Shown here in pieces: positions 42,140-54,900 of a DNA stretch of 64,000 bases. Numbering within the stretch: position 1 is the stretch's first letter; each line of letters starts with the position of its first letter. A program made the translations under genes and the position numbers. The stretch is from Paecilomyces variotii (Eukaryota), in assembly GCA_004022145.1 (NCBI GenBank), contig RCNU01000002.1, one strand, 5' to 3'. Below the pieces are notes generated by a model. The model saw only the letters and a program-made list of their open reading frames with translations, was not told the DNA's origin and searched no databases.

Positions 42140-42440
42140 TCAAATCGTATTTGAAAGTTTGTTAGTATTTATCCTGGAAGAAGAATAGCTGTTTACTAGG
42201 GCAATTCGAATGGTATGTCCAACTATCCCACAGCCACTACAGCGTTGGGGCGAAGAAAAAAGTACGGGAACAAGCTGTCTTTGAACATCAAACTCAATTC
42301 CCTCATTGCGAAATCCTTCTTCCACATCCAATTTTATATATACTCGTCCCAAAACAATTTTCAGTCCCTCAATGTTTCGAGTAAGCAGCTTACCGTTGGC
42401 CCGTGCGGTCAGCAGTTGGCGGGCCGTGAGCTCGTCCACA
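42140..42440 (-). mobile_element. Probable degenerate DNA-transposon fragment (C-terminal zinc knuckle)
   Basis: RCSGCGIVGHTIR followed by CPSK after a 1-nt frameshift. This is the CxxC-x3-GH-x4-C knuckle typical of fungal DDE transposase C-termini. No catalytic core or paired TIRs were seen. Confidence 0.45.
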
Positions 42441-42543
42441 AACGGCGATCATCGTCGATAGATCTAGATCCTGGAACACGCGGGGCTAGCGACCTCTGCA
42501 TAGCGCCAAAAATGTAGCTTGATGCTGAGTGCTTACTTAGTGC

Positions 42544-44310
42544 TTACTTGCGCACGCCCGTAATCCTTACCTTGACTGCACCGTCACCTTCCTTAGGAAA
42601 GGCGAAACCTCGCGTATGGTACACATCGATATCTTTTTGTGTTGTTTCAAACAGGTCCATGTCCAACGATGTTGCAACTCTTGCGATACCGAGGTAGAGT
42701 TTTGCATATGCCAGGCTACGGTAAAGAATTAGTAACAGTTACGCCGTGGTTAAATAACAGTCATGGAAGCTCTTACTTGATACCAAGACAGGCTCTGCTG
42801 CCCTTGCTGAAGCTGACCATATATTTGTCGAGGTTGACACCGTCTTGTGCTGCCTTGACCCAACGTTCCGGGTCAAAGACTTGAGGATTTGGGAATGCGG
42901 AAGAGTCATTGTTGATCAGGTAGGTTGACTGGCTGACTGGTGTCTGTTTTTGGGTCAATAGGGAGACAGTGGGCAAGATATAGGTGAAAGCAAGCTTACT
43001 CCAGGTGGAATTACGAAACCCTTGTATTGCAGAGCTTCTTGGGGGGAGATTCTTGGAATGCGCACGACTAGACCGTAAGTAAGTCGAATTGCTTCCTGGA
43101 CGACACCTCTCTAGATAGCGAATTAGTAAATCTGCAGCACAGGAACCGAACGATAAGAATCGCACCATGTAGGGCACAGCCTCAAGCTCTGTTGTGGTCC
43201 ATTGCTGGCCATCCGGCTTTGCAACAGCCTCCAATTCTTTCCGCAGCTTCATTAGCACTTTCTTATTATTGAGCAAGTGGAACAATGCAACAGACAGCGT
43301 TCTAGCAGTGGTGTCAATTCCAGCAAAAATGATGGTCTCGCCCTCATCCAACAGACGATCCAGTGTTTTCTCCTCATCGGGCACGCTGGGATCCGTCAAT
43401 GCGCTCACAATCACAGATTTGGACCTAGCGTCTTTCATAGCCCTTTTCTCCTCATCAGAGCTGTTAGGATAGTTCAAAACCATCTTCTTGTTCCCCTCTC
43501 GCGCCGACACGACCAGGGGGAAATTCTGGTTGATCAACCCGAGGATCGGCAACGGGAGGCTCTTGAGTGTAGTTGCAGGGATGGGCAGAAAGCGTGTGAG
43601 GTTATATAGATTTAACAAGACAGTCAGAGCATCCTTCAGCCCGTACTTGAAGTCCTTGCTGCTGATATAGTTTGCATGAGAGCCATAAAAGTGGTAGGTG
43701 ACAACGTCTGCAGTGAAGGCAGAAAAGGCACAGGTCAGGTCGATGGTGCTTCCTTTTGCTTCTGCGAGACGGGAGATCAATGCATCGATACGCTCGTGGA
43801 TGGCAGGCTCAATGTCCGCAATGGCCCTTTTGGAAAAGTATGGGCTCACAATGGCACGACGCTTGCGGTGGAGGTCATGATCGAGAGTAGAGATAGTGGA
43901 ATGCGGGAATGTATAGCCACCCACGGCTGACAGTTCTTTGTTAACCTTGCGGCCACTGCCAGCGTAGATGATGTTGAAGTATTCCGGGTCGTGGATATGC
44001 AGAGATCTGGAGTTGATGCGAATAATCGGGCCTTTGAGAATGGTTAGTCCGTCTTGCATTCAAGATAGTTGAGGATGAAAACTGTACCATATTTTTCATG
44101 CATCTTCTGAATTTCCCAGAGATAAGTGCCATCTTTAATGACGTCGTAATAAAACTCGTAGAAAGACCATATGGCTGCCCGTTTGGGACCGGGAAATTTA
44201 CGCAACGGATGAAAAAACAGATCGTATATGCATCGAGCGACCACATAGGCAGCAAACACACCAACTGCTGCGCCGATGGTCAATGGAACGGACAGCTCTT
44301 GGACTAACAT
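42544..44310 (-). CDS. astB: Cytochrome P450 (AstB-like), 5 exons
   Basis: Motifs FFHPLRKFPGP, YEFYYD, HEKYGPIIRI, FAGIDTT, QEAIRL, FDPERW and the heme motif FSKGSRACLGIN. The last exon LAYAKLY..VRK-stop ends at 42544. The symbol is assigned from cluster position. Confidence 0.8.
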
Positions 44311-44843
44311 GATGATGACCTTAGGCTGTTCAAGGTGATCAAGAAAAGTCTGACAAGGTGAGGATATCCAAAAAGAAGACCATCTCTTTTGTTCCCTTCT
44401 TTTCTCTGGCTTACTACGAGAGCTTTTCATGTGGCAAGAAGCTCCTTGGCTACATAAAGGAATTGCAACCTTGGTTCGTGCGTATGGCTACTTTTGGCCC
44501 CAATAGTGATTACGAGGTCATTAATTACAAGTCTTCTCGCCTTTGACTATTCAGTTGACTAGCGTAAAGTCAATGCATGGGAGCGGATTATTGCAAGACA
44601 GTCTTACATCCATCGCTCCGTTGCCGGCCAAGACACGATCGTAAGATACGAAGGTTATTATCAATAGTTGGTATTCTTCTTGACAAAAATTTGCTCGTAA
44701 TTAGGTGTAGTAGACCTGGCCCGGTATTAAGGACCTAGGTCTTCCAGTGACCGCCCTCATTTAAGCGCCAAAGACCCTCATTCTGCTTGAGGATTCAGTT
44801 ACCTGGATAATTAGTATCCTATACAAGCAAACAGCCCCAAAAT

Positions 44844-46567
44844 ATGGGAGTTTTTGCTCTATCCCTGGCCTTTCCTGAAGGGAACGAGACATGGGCTGCA
44901 GTGATCGTTACTGCTCTAGTAATATGCACTGTAATTACGATCTATCAAGCATTCTTTGCCATCAAGTATCCTGCAAATCTCCCGCTAGCTGGTGAGCCTG
45001 ATGGAAAACGGACATTCAGTTGGCGAACAAGATGGAGGTACTATACCGATTGCGAGGCTCTATACAAAGAAGCATATGAAAAGGCACGTTCTTCTACATT
45101 TACGTTATGGCAATACTAACATGCATGAAGTATACCAAACGTGGCAAGACAGTCCTCCTTCCAGGTCTCGGATTTCGCCACGACATCATCTTGCCTCAAA
45201 GCACAATGCTGGGGATCTTGGCCCGTCCCGAACATGAGCTCAGTCACGCCGACGCCGTCTTAGAACTTGTTCAGCTAAAGTATGCGCTTGGCCATGAGAA
45301 ATACAAAGCCGATCCCTGGCCGTGTATGCTTGTCAAGTCGGATATCAATTCCAAGCTGGAGGCCGTCTGTGAGGGTATGAATGAGGAATTGAAGTATGGA
45401 TTCGATAAATATATCGGATGTGATAAAGAGTCATGGAAGGAAGTGCATTTGTTGGAGACTATTCGAATGGTCATGATTGCCGCGGCGAGTCGATTTATGG
45501 TTGGGTTTCCTTTGTGTATGTTTCTTATTTCCTACTGGAATTGTTCCCTTTCTAACTGGATAACAATAGGCCGCAACGAAGTGTATCTTCGAGCCTGCTG
45601 GAAGGTCAATGATGGGATTGTGATCAACGGTGGTCTCACTGGTGCCACTCCACGTCTTCTGCGCCCAATCGTTGGTCCGTTGGTTACTATGAATCTCCGT
45701 CGAAACATCGAACAGGTCAGGAAACAAGTAGAGCCTATTTATCGCCAGCGGGTACAAGCATTGAGCCAGCACAACAACTCCGGAAAGCTCGATGGCAAAG
45801 AATCTCAGGATCTCTTCCAGAAAATGCTGCATTACGCCCAGAAAGAGCGACCAGACGAACTGCACGACCTCCCCAGCATGTCCAGACGACTGTGTTTTGC
45901 CAACTTTGCAGCCGTACATCAGACAACCCTCCTTGTAACAAACATGATACTCAATATTCTCGCCTCAGACTCGCAATACAATACCATCTCCGTCCTCCGC
46001 GACGAAGTCACCGATATCATTGGTCCCGACAGCAACGCCAAATGGACCAAATACAAGGTCGCACAGATGATCAGATCCGACAGCGTAGCTCGTGAAACCA
46101 TGCGTCTACATTCAAACACCAACAGGGGCGTCTTCCGCAAGGTTCTAACCGAGGGAATCAAGACGGAGGATGGCATTGAGCTTCCCAAAGGCGCATACAT
46201 CTCCTTCCTGGGTCGTCCACTCCAATGCGACCCCGAAGCCTTTGAGAATCCTCTCGAGTACGATCCTTTCCGGTTTTCTCGAGTCCGGGAGACGACTCCC
46301 AAAGATACGAAAGGCAAGTCAATCACGAACCATCTGAGCTTTGTGTCGACATCGCCAGAGCACCTGCCTTTTGGCCATGGACGTCATTCATGTCCGGGTA
46401 GGTTCCTGGTTGATTTTGAGGTCAAGATGATCATTGCCTATCTTCTAATGAATTATGATATCGAGTTTCCGGTTGAGTATGAAAGAAAGAGACCTGCAAA
46501 TCGGTGGATGGCCGAGGCTCTGGTTCCGCCTTCAGGGGTGCGAATCAAGATAAAGAGGCGAAGCTAA
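44844..46567 (+). CDS. astC: Cytochrome P450 (AstC-like, ent-kaurene oxidase-like group), 3 exons
   Basis: Motifs NFAAVHQT, DSVARETMR, YDPFRFSR and the heme motif FGHGRHSCPGRF. The first intron (45084-45130) is GC-AG. The symbol is assigned from cluster position. Confidence 0.8.
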
Positions 46568-47394
46568 TATTGCGGGTTTGATTGCTTCGGCAATATCAGA
46601 TAGGAACAACGGGTCTAGAATTGAATCATGTCGGTGCACAAAGTGAACACCAGGTGATCTGTCGATTATCCGTTTGCAGCAGGTTCTTTGATTCCAAATT
46701 CTAGGATAAAGGCTACTGGATTACTTGATTACTTGATTACTAGGATCTAGATTCTTTGCATGCCAAAGGTACATGCAGGTTCAATCCTGCCAAAAATAGA
46801 AGCAAGAAAGCAATTCAAGGTGTTTAGGTCAGACGATGCTTCCGTTCTACCCATGATTCGACAAATTAAGTCAGATATTAACGAGATCAAAATGCTTTGT
46901 TGCTAGTCGTATATACTGAACATGGCGACGGCTTTGGATAAATACTCGGACTCTATCAGGAAAAATCAATTGAACCGAGGAGCTTGCTACCAATTCCTCA
47001 TCTCCGTCACCTTAAAGAACATCTAACCTGTAGTGATCACCCCTCCGTCGATCAGTGAGGCCCTTCACTTACCAACAAGCCGACAAGATCTCGCCCTATC
47101 TATGTATAGTGTTTTCGCCAGCTTGTTTGGTGCTCTTCTGAGGTTGGCTGGCCGATTGCTAAGGCCCTCGCCCTATTCACCTTCTTGACTTCTTCTTGTT
47201 TACCATCTCGACCGCATACGCTATCATTGCTGAAGCTATATCGCTAGGTTCTGTATTGGAAAGCTTGATGGGGAGTGATTGGGGGCCCATTGGGATGGAA
47301 ATGAGTTTTCTGAATAACTACCCGCGATATCATCAGCCTGGTGACTGGAGCTGCGGCGGTGACAACTTCTTCATTTGCCGTACGGAAAGTACAT

Positions 47395-47478
47395 TCTGGT
47401 GATCACGAAATTACCGAGGACAATGCTGAAGAAATGATCTGTCTGGCAGATGCAGATGGTGATGGGAAAATTTGCTGA
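47395..47478 (+). pseudogene. Calmodulin-like EF-hand fragment
   Basis: Reads SGDHEITEDNAEEMICLADADGDGKIC-stop, resembling calmodulin's last EF-hand (LTDEEVDEMIREAD.DGDG.I). No intact upstream frame. Confidence 0.4.
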
Positions 47479-48843
47479 ATGTTATCTTGGAGTATCCCTA
47501 CTACATGGGTACTTAGCTAGGGAGCCAGCCCTAGCGGAGTCCTCCCGCGCCTTTTCCTTAGCGAGGTCATCACACAGAGATAAATAACTCGAGCTAGTCA
47601 GAGATGTGATTATTATGTTCCCCTCGATTGAATACAGGCTTAGAGAGAATTCGTTCTGAGGATGAGGAGTTCGTAAACGTGCTGGGATAAACGTGCTGGG
47701 ACAAAAATGATGGCGCAAATAGCACGACTCGCAGCCCTTGAAGATTATCTGCTGGTTTCGTTAATCAAAGCATCTGCTTGCTTGAGACTCGATTCTGATT
47801 TTAAAACATAATGAGTCGTGGACACTGGCTTGCAAGTTGCAACTGATATTCCAACAACGTGGGGGCGCAACACGACGTCCGTGCGAAGATGCAAGGGGCT
47901 TTCTAGGCAACGGAACAAGAATCTTGGATCACTGAAAATTCAGTGAAGTCCATGAGCATATTCATTTGCATTGTCGTTTCATATGTACAGCGTCTGCATA
48001 CATTAGTCCAATAGAGTGAGGACGGCCCCGATATGGGGAATCTTATACGAGAGGCTGTATCCCGTACTACTACTTGGTACACCGCCACTTGGCTGGTGTT
48101 CATACCAACCTTGAACAGAATTGATAATGTAATAGCGCCTATCGTGATCGGTGGGTACTGCTTTGTAGTAATTCGAGCGAAATGATTGAATAAGCTAAAA
48201 TCTTCCAAGTAAATCTGTGCCAGGGACGCTATAGCGCATATGCATGGCTAGTGCGTGACCATAAAGGCATTTACAAACTAGATGGGAGTTTAACAAAAAT
48301 ATATCAGCAGACGCTGGATTTCAGCCAGCCATGCGCAGTTTTCTCTGACGGAGGATTGCCAATATTCGCTCAACTATTGGCACAATGTTTGCGGCCTATC
48401 CTATATTTGAAATTTGAACCTATCCGCACAAGAAAGTAAAAGAATGACCGCTCTCATTTGAGTAATATAGTAGCCCTCTTTGACCTCTTACATCTGTTTC
48501 CGCAGAGACTGACGGTAGACCGAATAAATTGGAAGTGGAGAAACAAAATCACCACAGCAAATGCCTACGTCTGGAATAATAAACAGAGCTTTATAAGTGG
48601 TGGGAATTGCAATCATCAAGAATGTCCGGATGCGTAATTCGAAGCCGTGCAGAACTGTGGGGGGTCAGAGAACGCTGATTGGAAGCTGCCGTTGTCGCCC
48701 TATATGGAAATCGACATGTCCAACATCGAACTGCAAGCTTCGGATGACCACGAGCTGTCTTGATATGCAATAGCAGGGCGGTCTATGAAAATCGTATTAA
48801 ATAATGCGATGTCCAATTTCTCCCAGTTCGCGGCTGCAGAAAA

Positions 48844-50376
48844 ATGAATCTGCTGGTTACCATCTCCCTAGCAGCAGTAATCCTGCTCTATATTGTGCGG
48901 TACGGGCTCAAGTCAAAGCTACCGTTGCCATTACCTCCAGGCCCGACCTTTTTCTTCGGGATACTCCCAGAGAAGAACATTGCAGAAAGATTTCAAAAAT
49001 GGAACCAGAGATATGGTCCCGTCGTCTCTGTTCGCATCGGTCGACAGCTATTCATAATCTTGGGCACCCGTCAAGCAGCCTATGATCTGTTGGAGAGGCG
49101 AGCCCCCATCTACAGCTCGCGTCCGCCTTCATTGTTTCTAGACAAGTACTTGCACAAAGGCCTCTCATCTGCTTTCATGCCATACGGCTCCCGATGGAGA
49201 CTCCACAGACGACTACAAACTTCCTTTTTGAGCGTCCAGGCCTCCAAGGCCTACCGGAATCTGCAAGATATTCAGAGCAAGAAACTATTGCATGATTTTC
49301 TCTCCACTGATGACTTCTCTGAGGTTTTCTATCGGTATACGTCGGATGTCATGTTTACTCTCGCCTATGGAAAGGATGAAGGAAAGGATCAGTGTGATCA
49401 CCAGCGATTACATCAAATCAACGAAATGGCGATGTTCGTATTGCAGACAGCCTCCTTCGGAATGACCCTGTTGGACCGCTTCCCATTTCTGGATCGATTG
49501 CCACACCACATTATGAAGTGGCGTCGTATGGCAGAGAATCTCCACCACAAGGCGAAAGACGCATACACAGACTGCTGCCGTAGTGCCTTACAAGGAAGTT
49601 GTTGGAATTGGAGCCACGAGGCACAGCGACGAAGCGAGGCGAAAGAGCTGCCCTGGGAAGAAGTTTGCTACTCTATCGGTGAGCTTTATGTAGCAGGAAT
49701 TCATACAACAAAAATGGTCCTTGAGCACTTTATCGAGGCTAGTATTACACACCCCGAAATGGTGAGAAAAGCCCAAGAAGAGCTTGACTCAGTGGTCGGG
49801 ACAGAACGACTTCCGGCCTTTGACGACATGGACCATCTTCCCTATATCAAGGCAGTTATCTCAGAGCTTCTACGTTGGAGGACCATATCCACCATTGGTG
49901 TTCCTCACACCGTCATCGAGGACGACGAATACATGGGTTACTCCATTCCCGCCGGCGCTACAGTTGTTGCCAATCAGTTTGGAATGAACATGGACGAGGC
50001 TATCTTCGAAGAGCCAACTAGTTTTAATCCAGATCGATATTTTCAAAACCCAGAGCTTCCTGTTTCTGCATTCGGGTTTGGACGACGATCATGTCCTGGA
50101 AGTCGCCTCGCAGAAGCGAGTCTTTTTATCGTGATTGCAAGGCTACTTTGGGGCTATCAGATCTCCCCTGCGGAGGGAGACAAGCACCTCGATGCAGCAT
50201 CAAGCCCAACCTGTTTCATGGCATCAATTCGAGTCCGGAGCCTCAAGCACCAAAAGATTATTGAGAAGGGATGGGTGGAGTTTGAGATAGAGAAGAAAGG
50301 AATTTCAAGTGTTATTCAACAGAATGTGCAGAGCCGCAAAGCACATCCACGTGCAGAGTCAGCTTGTACAGTCTAA
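48844..50376 (+). CDS. Cytochrome P450 (OrdA/CYP64-like group), intronless, 510 aa
   Basis: TM anchor followed by LPLPPGP, IYSSRP, MPYG.RWR.HRR, AGIHTT, KAQEELDSVVG, SELLRWR, FNPDRY and the heme motif FGFGRRSCPG. Confidence 0.92.
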   Translation: MNLLVTISLAAVILLYIVRYGLKSKLPLPLPPGPTFFFGILPEKNIAERFQKWNQRYGPVVSVRIGRQLFIILGTRQAAYDLLERRAPIYSSRPPSLFLDKYLHKGLSSAFMPYGSRWRLHRRLQTSFLSVQASKAYRNLQDIQSKKLLHDFLSTDDFSEVFYRYTSDVMFTLAYGKDEGKDQCDHQRLHQINEMAMFVLQTASFGMTLLDRFPFLDRLPHHIMKWRRMAENLHHKAKDAYTDCCRSALQGSCWNWSHEAQRRSEAKELPWEEVCYSIGELYVAGIHTTKMVLEHFIEASITHPEMVRKAQEELDSVVGTERLPAFDDMDHLPYIKAVISELLRWRTISTIGVPHTVIEDDEYMGYSIPAGATVVANQFGMNMDEAIFEEPTSFNPDRYFQNPELPVSAFGFGRRSCPGSRLAEASLFIVIARLLWGYQISPAEGDKHLDAASSPTCFMASIRVRSLKHQKIIEKGWVEFEIEKKGISSVIQQNVQSRKAHPRAESACTV

Positions 50377-51954
50377 TATTGGTGGAAATGCCCTGTTTAT
50401 TTTACGGTGTTGCAGTTATATTGCTTCCTATTGTCTACCTTCGGCGTTATGGACCTCAAAAGGTTGAAAAGTTATTGAGAACCGAAAGCTCATTTAATCA
50501 AGTTTATCAAGACAGTAATAGAAATGAACAACATCGAAGTATCATAATTATGAAAGAGCACTAGAAAAACGAGTATCAAAAATTGCACGATTATCGTCTC
50601 ACCTCGATTGAAGGCGGCTCTCATGTTCAGTATTTGCAAATTGCAAGCCCAGGCCCCACCAGCAAGGATAGAACGCAGTATTAACGTTATTGGATTGCGA
50701 TAACGTTGATAAATCTTTCGTGTCTTCGTAAGCTGTTTCATTATGGTAAGGCAAAACATTTTAAGCATTTCGTATTCTGTTATATATACATTTACGGTGG
50801 CCGCCTGCTCAGCTTCCCTAGGACCACAAATAATGTTTGTGGGAATCTAGGACCACAGAAGCAAAGGTTCTGAAGAAGCATTTGAAATGGGAATGGAATC
50901 TTATTTGCTTAGAGAGCTGAAAGTGACCGAAATCTATCAGTTATTCATGCTTCCTCCCTCTATGTTGACATTGCAGCTGCCTGGAGCTGAACTGAATCCT
51001 CTATTTAAACTGTTCCATGGTTCCAGCTCTGTCTTCTTTGATCCTATACAGTTGGATCTAGGTAGCGTCCCGTTGCAGCTGCGACCCGGTTTGTATAGGA
51101 TAGGAGCAGCGGATTGCAGCAGGTTTGCAGCTTGTCTCCACAGAAGCCGTGAGCGCCGACAATGTTGAATGTAAACCAGATATCTTTCAACGATTCGTTT
51201 TATATTTTCAGAACGCATGACAGAAGAACGTGGAGTCTACTCTAGAGCGAAGCTCGCTTGAATTCTCTAGCAACTTGTCAGCCTATTGATATCTGTGGCT
51301 GGAGCCAGAAAGGCGTGGGAGAAACCCGACAGCAGGTCTGCCTGTAGGCAGGCTCCGACATTTTCTTTCCAAACACATCAGAGAAGTACTTGACTGAACT
51401 TTCCATCCAGAGCTATTAGGACTCTTGTATCGTACGGATGACCATAGTCTGCAACAATACCCAAATAGAATCAAAGGGGATATGATGCATATAGCAGTTG
51501 TGCTTGGAAAGCAAGCACCTGCAAAGGTATCATTAGCAACGAAACTAGGTAACAAGGCAGTGTCGCAGGTAGGCAAGGCTCTCTGGACCCCTCCTGCTTC
51601 CAGCCAGTAATGAATGCAACAGAAGCCCACTCATGCGGCGCAGGCGTCTAGAGATAATGATAAGTTGATGTGTTGGTCCAAAGGCGGTAGCGACTGGCTG
51701 ACGCTGTTTACCGTCCAGCCTGATGGCGCGAATTCACGGCGGCAAACGCATCAACATAACCCCCCCCTGTCCCTCATCCCCTCTTCGCTCTGTTTATTTA
51801 TCTCGTCATTCCTCATTAAAATTTCATCTGTTCATTTTTTTTAACTGAATCTGCAGATTTACTCCCATAACTGATAGTTTACATTCACGGTTCGATCATC
51901 CAACACAGTCAAGCACTAGCGTCTGTCTTGAAGACAGCCCTAGAAGGAACCATC

Positions 51955-54900
51955 ATGAAGTCCAAAGGGCAAGTCCTATCCCACAGATGCACCGCAGAAT
52001 GTCGCTAATCAAAGGACCAGTATATGCCATGAATTTGCCAGGTCCGGGACCTGCAGGTTCAAAAAGTGCAAATACCTTCACGAGAAAAGCTCTCGCGTGC
52101 CGCAGAATATCGACAGGAAGGAGCAACCCAAATCAAAGTCTGCGATACTATCGGATTCAGAGAAAGAACTTCGTGCTTGGCAAAGAAATATCCCACGAGA
52201 TACCGAGAGCGTACGGCCACTCCGTGGAAAACTCGCTGCATTCTTCCAGGAAGCACGTCGTTTGATCGAGATCGACGTCGGATCGCTACAAAGCGTGATC
52301 AAATGCCTTTCTCAAGAAGGTGGTCTACGGCGTGTCCATGAGCTTATCGATCAGGACTTCGATCTCATGTTGATTCCATCTAGAAAAGAGGAAGTCTTCA
52401 AGACTCAGATCCTTCCCTTCTTTGAGATAGTCTCCCATCCCAATGTTCTATCGTCCTTGATCATAGAACAATCACTTGGTACTATCTATAACTTTCTATA
52501 TGGAATTGAGGGAACCAGGGCTTCGACTTTGTTCAAGTACGTTGGTGATGTCTTGGCAAATGCGACAGTGGATGAAGACTATGTGGCACGATTCGAAGTA
52601 TCCGTCCATGTGTTTTCTCGAATCGTGGACTTGAACTCGAACGCGTTCATACATGAAACTCTGAAGACGCAGGCTACGAGGATTGAAGAAATATTGCTCT
52701 CTCTAAACCAATCTAGGCGTTCTCTCAATCTTCATTATGCGACTGTCTACTTGAAACGACTCCTTGACCGATTTGGAATCGGAACACGCTTGCCATCGGC
52801 CCTTGCAGCAGACGAAGGGAATAAGAATCAAAGACAGAAGGGTAACAGAAAAGTCCCATCTTTCATTCTTCAGCGCGAGCCACCGGGTGGTCGCCACGAC
52901 AATGACCACATGGACATATGCGATATTCGTATATTGCCGAGCTATCAAGAAATATCCAGTACCCGCCAGGAGTATTTACCCGTTACTGATCCATCGCAAT
53001 GGCACGTTGATGGTGTAGACGGCCTCCTGGACCGGAACTTTCGCCTACTGCGAGAAGATACTGTTGGACAACTTCGAGATGCAATCCACCAAGAAATTCA
53101 CCGGCCCCTTCACACTACTAAGATACAGAGGAAGACTCAACAGCGCACCTATGTATATCATGACGCGCGAATCAATCAGTTCTCCTGGGATCAGATCTCA
53201 GGTCTTCGTTTCCAGGTAGTCTTTCCACAACCCGTGAACGTGCGCAATTTACCACAGCGGGAGCTCGAGGCTTGGTGGAAAATGTCTAAACGACTACAGT
53301 ATGGTGCTCTTGTCTGTTTGATGCTGAAGGATCAATTCATCGTTTTCTGCACCGTCACCGAATCTCGAGGATCCGCACCTCACAATGGAACACAGAAGAC
53401 ACAAACGCAAGAACAGACTGTGAGTACGATACTCTGGAACAACGTACCAATGGCTTCGGTGATGCTGGAGCTTGTCGACAAAAGGGCAAACATTTTTCAG
53501 GCAATCCTTGACCAGTACACATCTACGGCACCTCCTTTCGCTCTTATTGAATTTCCTGGTGTCCTCCTTCCTGCGTTCGAGCCAACACTTCGTGCGCTTC
53601 AAAGTATAAAAAAGGCCAGAAATCTTGCTCTCTCGGAGCTCCTTGTATTTACCGGTGAAAATTCTACCATTGAAGCAGTTTCTTTGGCTCCACCGGTCTA
53701 TGCCTTGAAGCCTGGATTCGCTTTTAACCTACGCTGTTTGACTAATACCGAAACGGACTTCCTAGTCTATCCTGATCAGCCAGCAGATACCTCATATCTG
53801 CAACAACATTCCAGTCTTGATGATTCTCAGGCTGCAGCTTTAGTCTCCAGCCTCCAGCGTCGCATCGGGTTGATTCAAGGCCCTCCCGGGACTGGGAAGA
53901 GCTATACGGGTGTAGCCCTCATTAAGACGCTGCTAGCAAACCGACATGGTGGAACTCACCTTGGACCAATTATATGCGTCACATATACCAACCATGCTCT
54001 TGACCAGTTGCTCGAGGCTCTCATAGACAAAGGTGTCACGTCCAATATTGTCCGTATCGGATCCCAGTCTAAATCAGAGAGGCTAGCGAAATACAATATA
54101 CGGACTATTTCGCGTGGAGTTGAGAGGACTCGGATGGAAAAAGCTCAGCAGTGGGACTTGCACCGAAAGTTAGAAGAAATCGAGGAAGACTTCAACAGAC
54201 TCCGTCTCAAAAAGAAGATTTCTGGTGCCCGTCTGAAGTATCATCTTCACAACGAACATTCATATCATTATAGGAACCTATTTGGACTGGATGAAGATGG
54301 ATTTCGTGAGGCTCGCAATGATGAAAATCCAGGTGCCAACATCAACAAGTGGCTACATGGAGGCGCACGGGGAAGTCCGATCATTCGCCCTCTGGAACAA
54401 CTGGAGTCATTGAACCTTTTTCACATATCTCGTGACGAGCGCCAGGCCTTGTATAATCACTGGATTGGAGAGATCAGAGAAAACTTACATGATCAGGTGG
54501 TTCAGCTTTCCTCAGATCACTGCAATGCAAAGGCTGAGTTTGACGGCGTTCGCGACGAACTAAACCTGCGATGTCTGAATCAAGCGGATATCATTGGCCT
54601 CACTACCACGGGTCTAGCACGTAACATGAATATGCTGCGAAGGCTTCAGAGTAAAGTCATGCTATGCGAAGAGGCTGGAGAGGTTCTGGAAGCACATCTG
54701 CTGACGGCTTTATTGCCGTCTATAGAACATCTGATCCTCATCGGTGATCATCTCCAGTTACCCCCCAAGGCTCAGAATTATGATTTGTCACGAGAGAACC
54801 CTCATGGAGGCGAGCAATACTCGCTAGATGTCTCATTGTTCGAGCGCCTAGTAATGCCAACTGATGTCATGGGCTCGGGTCTCCCTTTTAGCACATTGGA

